DNA from: Basidiobolus meristosporus CBS 931.73
Taxonomy: Eukaryota > Fungi > Basidiobolomycota
Length of the DNA stretch: 44,778 nucleotides
Reading direction: 5' to 3'
Assembly (NCBI GenBank): GCA_002104905.1
Contig: MCFE01000689.1
Coordinates: 1-44,778 of the forward strand
Below the pieces are notes generated by a model. That model ran no database searches and was not told the origin of the DNA. It saw nothing but the letters and a program-made list of their open reading frames with translations. Shown piece by piece: positions 22,126 to 33,789 of the stretch (position 1 is its first letter; each line of letters starts with the position of its first letter). The translations under genes were made by a program, and so were the position numbers.

Positions 22126-23002
22126 AAAAAGTAATAGCTGTACCAGCATAAATAAATACATAGCCAGTGGTAGAGCGTTTGTCAATCAGATCCCTACCCC
22201 AATCTGAACCACTATAACCATCATATTCTTGCCTATTAGCTGTTCTAGAGTATTCCAGTACCATATTCATGGTACCTTGTAGATATCTGAAAATCCGCTT
22301 AACTGCTGCAATTTGATCTGATCCACAATGCTGCATGATTTGACTGACTATTCCAACTGCCACTGCAATATCTGGACATGTAGACACCGTTAAGTACATT
22401 AGGCTAACAACCATTGATTGATAGGGAACGTTTTGGTCCATATTTGAGCCGTTTTCATCTATAATTGGCTGAGATTTGCTTAATTTCAGGTAATTGTCCA
22501 TAGGGGTAGCTGCAGGCTTGCAATTTTCCATTTTGAAGCATCTAAAAATGTCCATAATCTACTTAGACTGATTCAGCACAATTTTTTGCGTAGATATGTA
22601 AATTTGATCCCAATTCCAAGAAAATAGCTCAATTTTCCAAGAACTTTCATTGCAAACTTGCTGAAGAGATCTGATTTTGTCTGTTTAAGTGCCTCTTGGT
22701 CACTTGTAGCTAGAACTGGGTTGTCCACATAAAGAACTAGGATGATCACACCCTTTTTGAGCTGTTTCACCTATATACTGTGATCTGCTGTGCTACAAGA
22801 GAACCCAATTTCCTCTAGATATGTATCAATCTTGTTACACCATGCTCTGGATGCCTGCTTAAGCCCATAAAACAATTTTCTAAATTTGCACACCTTATGG
22901 GGCACTCTTGGATTGGTACAGCCTTCTGGTTGCTCCATATATATAGTTTCTTGCAAATCCCCATTTAAAAAGGCTGTTTTGACGTTCATTTGGTGTAGAT
23001 CG

Positions 23003-26000
23003 TGTTGAAATATTGGACTATTTGGTATCACTCAGCAGCTAAAAATTTACTTAACAATTCTAGACTAGTCTTAGTCACTGTAGGACACATTTACTGTCTT
23101 GACTTTGCCATTTCTCCAGATATATGATCTTATGATTATTCTCCTATAGTCATGATCAAATTAGCACTATTACCAAACATTATGTACTAACCCTGAAACT
23201 GTTACAGAATGCTCCTGAATATTGAGAAACCCTCCCTACTTAGTGTTACAGCTGTATTACTTCTACAAAGGTATAAATACTGAGCTTCTTTATGAACAAT
23301 CAACAGTTCAACTATTACCACTATTTCTTGATAAGTTCCTTATATCCAAATCACTTCTTAAGCTGTAACAGGTTATGAGCCCCGTTTGCCTTAATCTATT
23401 CTAAAGATGACTTCTCCCGGCAAACAAAGCAATACCAACATCTTCCCTGTAAAGGAGAGGTTTGATGGGAAGAACTAGAGACTTTGGAGAATCAAGATGC
23501 AGATCCACCTTGAGGAAAGAAAGCTTTGGAACATAGTAACAGGAGAGGAAGTTGAGCCCAAAGGAACAGCAGAAGAAGAGGAGAAGTTTTAAGAGAAGGA
23601 GAGAAAGGCATTTAATGCAATTTGTATCAATATGCAAGATTCCTTCATTGGACAAATCCCTGCCTCAAATACTGCCAAAGCAGCATGGGAATCCTTAGAG
23701 AAGATCTTTAGGGCAAAGTCAGTATCAAGCAAGCTTTATTTAAAACAAAAGTTCTTCAACATGAGGAAGAAACCAGATGATGCTATGCTGCAACTCAATA
23801 CAAAAACAGAGACACTTGCAGAAGAACTTTACAGTTTTAATGCTGGTGTAGATGATGAAGAAAAGATACTCTGTCTGCTTTGCAGCCTACCAGGCAAGTA
23901 ATAGCCACTCATACTTTCCCTTGAAAGCAGAGAAGACAACTTGACATTAGACTATGTCAAAGGAAGACTTCTCCATGAAGAACTCAGACGTAATGATCAA
24001 GTAGAGATAATTGAAGATAATGCTTTATTCAGTTCAGAAAGGCACACAGAAAAGAAGGGAAAGTAACAAAACCGAAGAAAACCTGGCTGCTGTAACTACT
24101 GTCAAAAGTCAGGACACTGGGCAAGAGAAAGCAAGAAGAAACAAGCAGACGAGAAACAGAAACCAGAGCAGGCAAACCACATAACTGCTGATGAATAGTT
24201 ATTTGTAACTGTACAAGAGAATGCAAGTAACCAAAGTAATGAATGGTATATTGACTCTGGAGCATCACAGCATATTTGTGGTATAAAAGATTGGTTCAGC
24301 AACTTAAAGACTATTCCTGTAAGAAAGGTTGATTGGGGAGATAACTCTGCATTGGAAGCCACCGCCAGTGCGTATACAACTAAATATGAGTGATAACTCC
24401 AGGGCAACAACAGCAAAACTGACTGATGTACTCTATGTACCTGGGATAGCTAAGAACCTACTCTCAGTCAGTAAAGCAACTATGCAGGGACTGAAATCTG
24501 TTTTTACTAAGCTAAGCTGCTCGATATTGAGTGAAAATGGACAAAAATTAGCTTTGGGAATCCAAGATTACAATATATACATGTCACAAAGCAAGATCAT
24601 TGTAACTGAGTATGTCAACATTGCTAAAACTGATGAAACCAACTGGGAGATGTGGCATAGGAGGCTAGGACACATTGGGGAACAGAAAATGAGCCAATTG
24701 GTAAAAAATCAGCTTGTTTTGGGCCTAAAATACTCAAATCCAATTAAATTGAATGTTTGTAAGGGATGTTCATATGGCAAACAAGCTAGGCAACGTTTCA
24801 AGAGCTCAGAAGGCATCAATGCTACCAAAATATTGGCTATTGTACACTCTGACATATGTGGCCCCATGAGAACACAGTTCTTTGGAGCCAAGAGATACTT
24901 TATGACATTTATTGATGACAAAACAAGGTATACATTGGTGTACTTCCTCAAAACAATTGATGAAGCTTTAGAGATGTTTAAGCACTTCAAGAACATGGCA
25001 GAAACACAAACTGGGTGTAAAGTGAAGGTAATACAAAGTGACAATGAAGGAGAATACTGCTCAAAGGAGTTTGCAAATACTGCTTGTCTACTAGTATACT
25101 TCAACAGACCACAGTTCCTCATACTCCACAGCAAAATGGAGTAGCAGAACGTGCAAATAGGACAATAGTGGAGATGGGAAGATCTATGCTACATGATAAG
25201 GGAATGGACTACAAGTTTTGGGCTGAATCTGTTGCTACCGCTGTATACATCATTAACAGATGCCCAACAACAGGACTACATGATACCACACTCTTTGAAG
25301 CATATACAGGCAAAAAACCAGATCTACAGCACCTCAAGATCTTTGGCAGTGATGTTTTTTATCACATACCTGACAAAAAACACTGAAAGTTGGAACCAAA
25401 GAGTAGGAAAGGGATCTTTCTTGGGTATTGTGAAGATACTAAAGGGTATAGAGTGTATGATGGCAAAATTCAGATGCTGATTAAGAGCAGGGATGTTGTA
25501 TTTGAGGAGAAATCAGATCAGAAAGCCACAGAAATCATTGGTCAGCTGCCTGATGATGCAATAAACACTAATGATGAAGATACGTACCAAATCCAGCCAG
25601 ATATGGAAAATATTTCTACCAGTTCCAGACCAGAACAGATTATCCTAGTTAGTAGATTTACCAGAATAAAAAATGCCCTTGGATCCTGGTGGCAGACATC
25701 CAATTATCATGAAGAAGCTTAACTTGCCTTATGTGCCGAACCTCAAAATCTGGAACAGGCAACGCAAAGTCCTGATGCTACTAAGTGGCAACAAGCCATG
25801 CAGGAGGAGTACCAATTACCAATCAAGGCAAAAACGTGGGAACTGGTAGATTTACCAAATGGGAGAAAGCCAATAGGATGTAGATGGGTCTACAAGATCA
25901 AGATAGCCTCAAATGGTGCCATTGATAAGTACAAGGCTAGATTGGTAGCTAAAGGCTATTCCCAGTTCCAGGGACTAGACTTCAAGGCAACAATTGCTCT

Positions 26001-27682
26001 GGTTGCCAAGTTTAACTCTATTAGGACAGTTCTAGCCCTGGCAGCTGTACACAGTATATATCTGCACCAAATGGACGTCAGAACAGCCATTCTAAATGGG
26101 GATTTGCAAGAAACTATATATATGGAGCAACCAGAAGGCTGTACCAATCCAAAAGGCCCCCATAAGGTGTGCAAACTTAGAAAATTGTTGTATGGGCTTA
26201 AGCAGGCACCCAGAGCATGGTACAACAAGATTGACACATATCTAGAGGAAATTGGGTTCTCTCGTAACACTGCAGATCACAGTATATATGTGAAACAGCT
26301 CAAAAAGGGTGTGATCATCCTAGTTCTTTATGTGGACAACCAAATTATAGCTACAAGTGACCAAGAGGCATTAAACAGACAAGATCAGATCTCTTCAGCA
26401 AGTTGGAGATGAAAGATCTTAGGGAATTGAGCTATTTACTTGGAATTGAGGTCAAATTTGACATACCTACGCAGAAAATTGTGCTGAATCAGTCTAAGTA
26501 CATCAGGGACACTCTTAGATACTTTGAAATGGAAAATTGCAAACCTGCAGCAACTTGTATGGACAATAACCTGAAATTAAGCAAATCTCAGCCAGTTATA
26601 GATGAAAATGGCTCAAATATGGACCAGAACTTTCCCTATCAAACAATGGCTGGTAGCCTAATGTACTTGATGGTGTCTATACGTCCAGATGCTGCAGTGG
26701 CAGTTGGAATAGTCAGTCAATTCATGCAGAATTGTGGATCAGATCAAATTGCAGCAGTTAAGCGGATTTTTGAATATCCAAAGCTACCATAAATATGGTA
26801 CTGGGATACTCTAGAACAGCTAATAGGCAAATATTTTATGGTTATAGTGATTCAGATTGGGGTAGGGATCTAATTGACCAACACTCTACCACAGGCTATG
26901 TATTTCTTTATGCTGGTGCAACTATTACTTGGAATTTCAAGAAACAACCAACTGTGGCACTATCTACAACTGAAGCCAAATATATGGCTGCATGTGAAGC
27001 AACTAAGGAGGCTCTATAGCTACAAAAATTATTCAAAGACTTAGGTTTTAATTCAGGTGAACCAACATGTATTTACAAGGATAATCAAAGTTGTATTTCA
27101 TTAGCTAGAAATCCTACTAATCATGCCGGAACTAAGCACATTGATATACAGCATCACTTTGTGAGAGAAGCTGTAGAAAATAACTTAGTGGAGTTAGTTT
27201 ACTGCCCAACTGACAAAATGGTGGCAGACATATTGACACAACCACTAGCTAGGCCACAGTTTGAGATCCTTAGAGAGAAATTGGGATTAAGAAATTATTT
27301 AGTTGAGGGGGAGTGTTGAAATATTGGACTATTTGGTATCATTCAGCAGCTAAAAATTTACTTAACAATTCTCGACTAGTCTTAGTCACTGTAGGACTCA
27401 TTTATTGCCTTAACTTTGCCACTTTCTCCAGATATATGATCTTATGGTTATTCCCCTATAGTTAGGATCAAATTAGCACTATTACCATACATCATGTACT
27501 GACCCTGAAACTGTTACAGAAATCTCCTGAATATTGAGAAACCCTCCCTACTTGGTGTCACAGCTGTATTACTTCTACAAAGGTATAAATACTGAGCTTC
27601 TTTATGAACAAACAACAGTTCAACTATTATCACTATTTATTGATAAGTTCCTGATATCCAGATCACTTCTTAAATTGCAGCA
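23003..27682 (+). mobile_element. Full-length but decayed Copia family A copy A2
   Basis: LTRs 23003-23370 and 27314-27682 (about 93% identical by eye), PBS 23371-23382, PPT GAGGGGGAG 27305-27313, TSD GATCG/GATCT. Confidence 0.93.
23400..27300 (+). pseudogene. Copia gag-pol of A2 (gag, PR, IN, RT, RH) with several stops and frameshifts
   Basis: WHRRLGH, HSDICGP, PHTPQQNGVAERANRT, YKARLVAKGYSQ, HQMDV, GYSDSDWG, LSTTEA, KHID and ADILT motifs, in Copia order (IN before RT). Confidence 0.92.
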
Positions 27683-28188
27683 GATCTAGACTGTGTACAG
27701 CTGCTAGGGCTAGAGCTGTCCTAATGGAGTTAAACTTGGCAACTGGAGCAAATGTTTCTTTCAAGTCTATTTTTGGATCTGGGAATAGCCTTTAGCCACC
27801 AATCTAGCCTTGTACTTATCAATGGCACCATTTGAGGTTATCTTGATCTTGTAGACCCATCTACATCCTATTGGCTTTCTCCCATTTGGTAAATCTACCA
27901 GTTCCCACGTTTTTGCCTTGATCAGTGATTGGTACTCCTCCTGCATGGCATGTTGCCACTTAGTAGCATCTGGACTTTGCATTGCCTGTTCCAGATTCTG
28001 AGGTTTGGCCCATAAGGCAAGATAAGCCTCTCCATGATCATTGGATGTCTGCCACCAGGATCCAGGGGCATTTCTTATTCTGGTAGATCTCCTAACTGGG
28101 ATAATCTGTTCTGATCTGGAAGTGGTAGAGATATTTTCCATATCTGGCTGGATTTGGTACGTGTCTTCTTCATTTGTGTTGATTGCAT

Positions 28189-28556
28189 TGTTATGATCTG
28201 CCACTTGAATATTTAAGTTAGATCAGTTTTTAGTCAAATCAATTAGTTTAAGTTTAGGTTATCAGTACATCAGTATTATCTATGAAATCAGTAGCATTAG
28301 TCAGCAAATGAATCAGCAGATCCTTATCACACAGAAATAGATATATTAGGTAGGATCTTATTGGGTGATGATGATGCAATCAAATGAGTCATCAGCCACA
28401 ACCTACATCAGGAAATACAATTAGTCAGCAATTGATCTGGCAAAATGTATATAAAGAGCTGCTGGAGCATCAATAAAAATCAGTTCAAGTGTTAGTGAAT
28501 ACAATACTAGCTAAACCCCCTATTCCTCTACAACTCTTATACCAAGGCTGGTAACA
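28189..28556 (+). repeat. Solo Gypsy LTR with TSD GCAT, inserted in A3
   Basis: 368 bp, homologous to 15513-15880; GCAT at 28185-28188 and 28557-28560. Confidence 0.95.
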
Positions 28557-31139
28557 GCATCATCAGGCAGCTGACCAATAATTTCTGTGGCTTTCTGATC
28601 TAAATTCTCCTCAAAAACAACATCCCTGCTCTTGATCAGCATCTGAATTTGCCATCATACACTCTACACCCTTTAGTATCTTCACAATACCCAAGAAAAA
28701 TCCCTTTCCTACTCTTTGGTTCCAACTTTGAGTGTTTTTTGTCAGGGATGTGATAAAAAACATCACTGCCAAAGATCTTGAGGTACTGGAGATCTGGTTT
28801 TTTGCCTGTATATGCTTCAAAGGGTGTAGAATCATGTAGTCCTGTTGTTGGGCATCTGTTCTTGATGTATACAGCGGTAGCAACAGATTCAGCCCAAAAC
28901 TTGTAGTCCATTCCCTTATCATGTAGCATAGATCTTCCCATCTCCACTATTGTCCTATTTGCACAATCTGCTACTCCATTTTGCTGTGGAGTATGAGGAA
29001 CTGTGGTCTGTTGAAGTATACCAGTAGACAAGCAGTATTTGCAAACTCCTTTGAGCAGTATTCTCCTTCATTGTCACTTTGTATTACCTTCAATTTACAC
29101 CCAGTTTGTGTTTCTGCCATGTTCTTGAAGTGCTTAAACATCTCTAAAGCTTCATCAATTGTTTTGAGGAAGTACACCCATATATACCTTGTTTTGTCAT
29201 CAATAAACATCATAAAGTATCTCTTGGCTCCAAAGTACTGTGTTCTCATGGGGCCACATATGTCTGAGTGTACAATAGCCAATATTTTGGTGGTATTGAT
29301 GCCTTCTGAGCTCTTGAAACGTTGCCTAGCTTGTTTGCCATATGAACATCCCTTACAAACATTCAATTTAATTGGAGTTGAGTATTTTAGGCCCAAAACA
29401 AGCTGATTTTTTACCAATTAGCTCATTTTCTGTTCCCCAATGTGTCCTAGCCTCCTATGCCACATCTCCCAATTGGTTTCATCAGTTTCAGCAATGTTGA
29501 CATACTAAGGTACAATGATCTTGAATTTTGACTTGTATATATTCTGATCTCTGATTCCCAAAGCTAATTTTTGTTGATTCTGACTCAATATTGAGCAGCT
29601 TGTCTTGGTAAAAACAAATTTCAGTCCCTGAGCAGTTGCTTTTCTGACTGAGAGTAAGTTTTAGCTATTCCAGGTACATAGAGTACGTCAGTGAGTCTTG
29701 CTGTAGTTGCCCCAAAGTTATTGCTCATATTTAGTTGTATAGACCCACTTGAGGTAGCTTCCAGAGCAGAGTTATCTCCCAGATAAACTTTTCTTACAGG
29801 AATAGTTTTCAAGTTGCTGAACCACTCCTTTATACCACAAATATGCTGTGATGCTCCAGAGTCAATATACCATTCATTACTTTGGTAACTTGCACTCTCT
29901 TGTACGGTTACAAATAACTGTTCATAAGTTGTTATGTGGTTTGCCTGCTCCAGTTTCTGTTTTTCATCTGCTTGTTTCTTCATGCATTCTCTTGCCCAGT
30001 ATCCTGGCTTTTTACAATTGTTGCAGCAACCAGGTTTTCTTTGGTTTTGTTGTTTTCCCTTCTTTTTATGAGTGCATTTCTTGACTGAATAAAGCAATAT
30101 CTTTGACTTTCTCTGCTTGATCATTATATCTGAGTTCTTCATGGAGAAGTCTTCCTTTGACATTGTCTAAAGTCAAATTGTCTTCTCTGCTTTCAAAGGA
30201 AAGTATGAGTGGCTATTACTTGCCTGGTAGGCTGCAAAGCAGACAGAGTAACTTTTCTTCATCATCTACACCAGCATTAATACTGTAAAGTTCTTGTGCA
30301 AGTGTCTCCATTTTGGTAATGAGTTGCAGCATATCATCATCTGGTTTCTTCCTCATGTTGAAGAACTTTTGTTTTAAATAAAGCTTGCTTGATACTGACT
30401 TTGCCCTAAAGATCTTCTCTAAGGATTCCCATGCTGCTTTGGCAGTATCTGAGGCATGGGTTTGTCCAATGAAGGAATCTTGCATATTGATACAAATTGC
30501 ATTAAATGCCTTTCTCTCCTTCTCTTAAAACTTCTCCTCTTCTTCTGCTGTTCCTTTGGGCTCAACTTCCTTTCCTGTTACTATGTTCCAAAGCTTTCTT
30601 TCCTCAAGGTGGATCTGCATCTTGATTCTCCAAAGTCTCTAGTTCTTTCCATCAAACCTCTCCTTTACAGGGAAGATGTTTGTGTTGTTCTGTTTGATGG
30701 CAGAAGTCATCTTTTAGTATAGATTAAGGCAATCAAGGCTCATAGCCTGTTGCAATTTAAGAGGTTATTTGGATATAAGGAACTTATCAAGAAATAGTGA
30801 TAATAGTTGAACTGTTGTTTATTAATAAAGAAGCTCAGTATTTATACCTTTGTAGAAGTAATACAGCTGTAGCATTAAGTAAAGAGGGTTTCTCAATATT
30901 CAGGAGCATTCTATAACAGTTTCAGGGTTAGTACATAATAGTTAGCATTAGTGCTAATTTGGTCCTGACTATATAGTAATAATCATAAGATCATATATCT
31001 AAAGAAAGTGGCAAAGCAAGAGCTGTAAGTTAGTCCCACAGTGACCAATACTAGTACAGAATTGTTAAGTAAATTTTTAGCTGCAGAATGATACCAAATA
31101 GTCCAATATTTCAACAACTTCCTGATGCAAGCATTTCTC

Positions 31140-33600
31140 TTACTTTTCATGCATACAAATGAATTTATATCTATTGAAACTTCAGTTGTACCTGAATTGC
31201 CAATTATATTGACCTAGGCAAGTCCCATACCCTACATTAACATTAAGCCCAACCCCACACTGAAGAAGTACATCCATCATAAACCACCACTCAATAAGTA
31301 TTTTGGCTGTTACACACTGCTTCCACAACTTTGGCAGGAGCCTGACAGCTTTATGTCACTGTGCATTCACTGGTTCCTACACATCCTGGTCTTCAGCCAG
31401 CACTACAAGGTCTAGCACCTCATCAGCCAGTCTTTGCAATAAATCCTTGCATTATTCAAGTGCAATTTCTTGAGCACTGCTCTTGAAGAAGTGCTACAAC
31501 CTCTTGGTGTGCCTGTTGATGTTCCAAAATCCACCAAAGGCATTGTCATAGTCTGTTGAGTTTTTGATGTTGTAGCCTTGTCTTTCAATGGGATCTCCAC
31601 TCTGTCAATAATGGAGAATGTGGAGGCTATGGTAGACAAATTGCCTTCTCTGCAAACACTTCTACCTTGCTGGAGTGTAGCTCAAGTGCCTGCACTTCCA
31701 ACTCTTGGGAAAACAACTGTTTTATTGTTGGTAATTCTTCATGGCTATAATGGGGTTCAGTCTGTTCCAGGCTTAAGGCATTAATTGGCTAGTACTGCAT
31801 TTTTTTAAATGCTCTCCTGTCTTGAGCTTTGGTAGACATTTTCACTTTACCATTTCCTTTATCACTGCCAGGTCTTTTGCTGCTACTTTGTCTGAGTGCT
31901 ACTTGTAATGAGCTACATTTTCTCCTTGATAAATTCTGCTCTGATACATCTATTTTGGCCTCCTTGTCCCTTGCTGGCACTCTTCTGGCAACATGAAGTT
32001 TCTTTTCTGCTTGTTTTACACTCTAAATAATAGTCGTGCCAGGCTCCTGTAAAAGCAGCTGGTTTTTATCACTACCAGGGCCTTCACTGCTACTTAGAAT
32101 GAGTGCTTCTTGAGTGATATTATGCTTTTTCCTTCATAAATGTTGTGCTGGTGCATTAGTGTCGGCGTGCTTATCCCTAGTTTGCGCTCTTCCACCTACC
32201 CAATGTCTCTTTGATGCTTGTGTGGAGCTTTTGGTCCTGCTTGTGTCGGGCACTTGAGGAAGTTGCCAGTTTTTAGTCATGGCACTCTTGTTCTTCTGCC
32301 TTTGATAATTCCTGCTACTCTTGAGATACATTCCTAGCATACCAATGCTGGCCCTGTTGAAATATTAGAGAGATATATTGGAAGTGAATTGGAGAATTAG
32401 GAGATTTACATGATATTCACTTGATGTTTTGTTGAGTTGCAACAGAGTATTTATACTTATTGCAGAACTACGTAAATATGACTATTTGGTCATTATTAGG
32501 GGAGTCTCAGGAGTACATGTGCCAAGTTTCAGCTCATTTGGACAAGTTTCAGATTTTCCTAAAATTCTGTACTTCTCTAATTCCTAATAGTTAGTAAATA
32601 TCTTACAAACTAATTTCCATGTTGATAATCTGAAATATATCATTTCACTAAGTGCTAGCTCATAATATATTAATAATTAGGTGGACTCCTCATTATTTCA
32701 ACAGGCCCAAAATCCATTTGCCCATTTGCATCCAGGACAATGCTCTTGGAACAAGTCAAGTGCATTCTGCTTGGCCTTGAGTTCCTGATGGTACCATGCT
32801 ATGCCGGCCTTAATGTAATGGCATGCCGACTTCTGATGGCCTCTTGATTATTACCCACTCTGCATTATTGCACTCAATGGCTTCATGAATCTTCATTAAC
32901 TTTTAACTTTTAAGCTTTAGTATAAACATCACATTGTCTACCTCCAATATTGTATTAGGTTTTTCTGGGGCCTTTATCTTTGGGCACTGTTGTTGCAATT
33001 CAACAACTGTACAGTGTTTCTCTGTTGTTACATTGGGAAATGGCTCAAGTCTTTGCTGTGACATTGAGCTACTTGAGTTGCTTCTTTGCAGCAAAGATAC
33101 TGCCTTCTCTACCGGAGATATTGCTTGCTCTACATGCATTATTGGCTCATCCGGTTTCTGGACTAGATCCTGATTTCTCTGACCATTGCATCTGTCCTGT
33201 GAGCCACTGCACCTAATTGCTTCATTAATGCTTTGTTATGAGCTGGCAACATACTTGCTAATATGGGTGGTGGTGTTATGAGGGCTACTTGCTGGTCTTT
33301 AACTGATTGTACTGTATTTGTTACATTCTCATCTGCCCAAGCATAGTGGTCAGCTTGTGCCTCTGCAGAGGTATGCAATTGCCTACTTGACTGAGAGCCT
33401 GAAGAGTCTGTATTGTTACCTTCAATGGGCACACTATCAACATGGCCTTTTTTGGATGTAGCCCCACTTGCTGCACTGAATGTCAAAGCAAGCTGTTGTC
33501 CAACAGTTCTTTTGCTGCTGTCAGTGGTGGGGTTTGGTTGGAAGCCAGATAACTTTGCGTTATTTTCTGGCAGCATATATGTGAAAGTAAGTCAAACCAA
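31140..33600 (-). pseudogene. ORF2 of the CACTA-like element (unknown protein, roughly 650-700 codons before decay)
   Basis: A chain of ORF pieces (33163-33576, 32903-33139, 32134-32340, 31789-31980, 31412-31639) homologous to 161-1411 and 9430-9639. Confidence 0.6.
32355..32703 (-). repeat. Solo LTR of Copia-type family C with 5-bp TSD GGCCC
   Basis: TGTTGAAAT...ATTTCAACA, 349 bp; GGCCC at 32350-32354 and 32704-32708; homologous to 5362-5680 and 8273-8357. Confidence 0.93.
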
Positions 33601-33789
33601 AGGGGAAATATTGTTACATATATATGTGTATGTGGTGCCACAACCTTATTTATAATAATTATTATAGCAGGTCATCACTGAATCCTACATTCCCGTAGGT
33701 GCAAGGTCTCAAATACATGGCTGTCTTAAACTCACACAATAATTTACTAAAAAGTGATATTGTAGTGTTACATTTTTGAAGGTCAAGCT

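Larger units (their letters stand above)
22126..31116 (-). mobile_element. Copia family A copy A3 (5' LTR 30748-31116), split by A2 and by a solo Gypsy LTR, 3'-truncated
   Basis: PBS remnant at 30737-30747. Gag, protease (WYIDSGAS), integrase (HSDICGP, QSDNEGEY) and RT remnants run from 30720 to 27683, and RT continues from 23002 to 22126. Confidence 0.88.

Noticed and set aside
24709-29406. Antisense ORFs such as 24709-25134, 28981-29406 and 25956-26270 as extra genes
   Set aside because: They are shadows of Copia pol on the opposite strand. They recur only because the copies are homologous.
20776-31116. Composite transposon bounded by inverted A LTRs
   Set aside because: The outer flanks TGAAC and ACTTC are not a duplication, so there is no sign the block moved as a unit.
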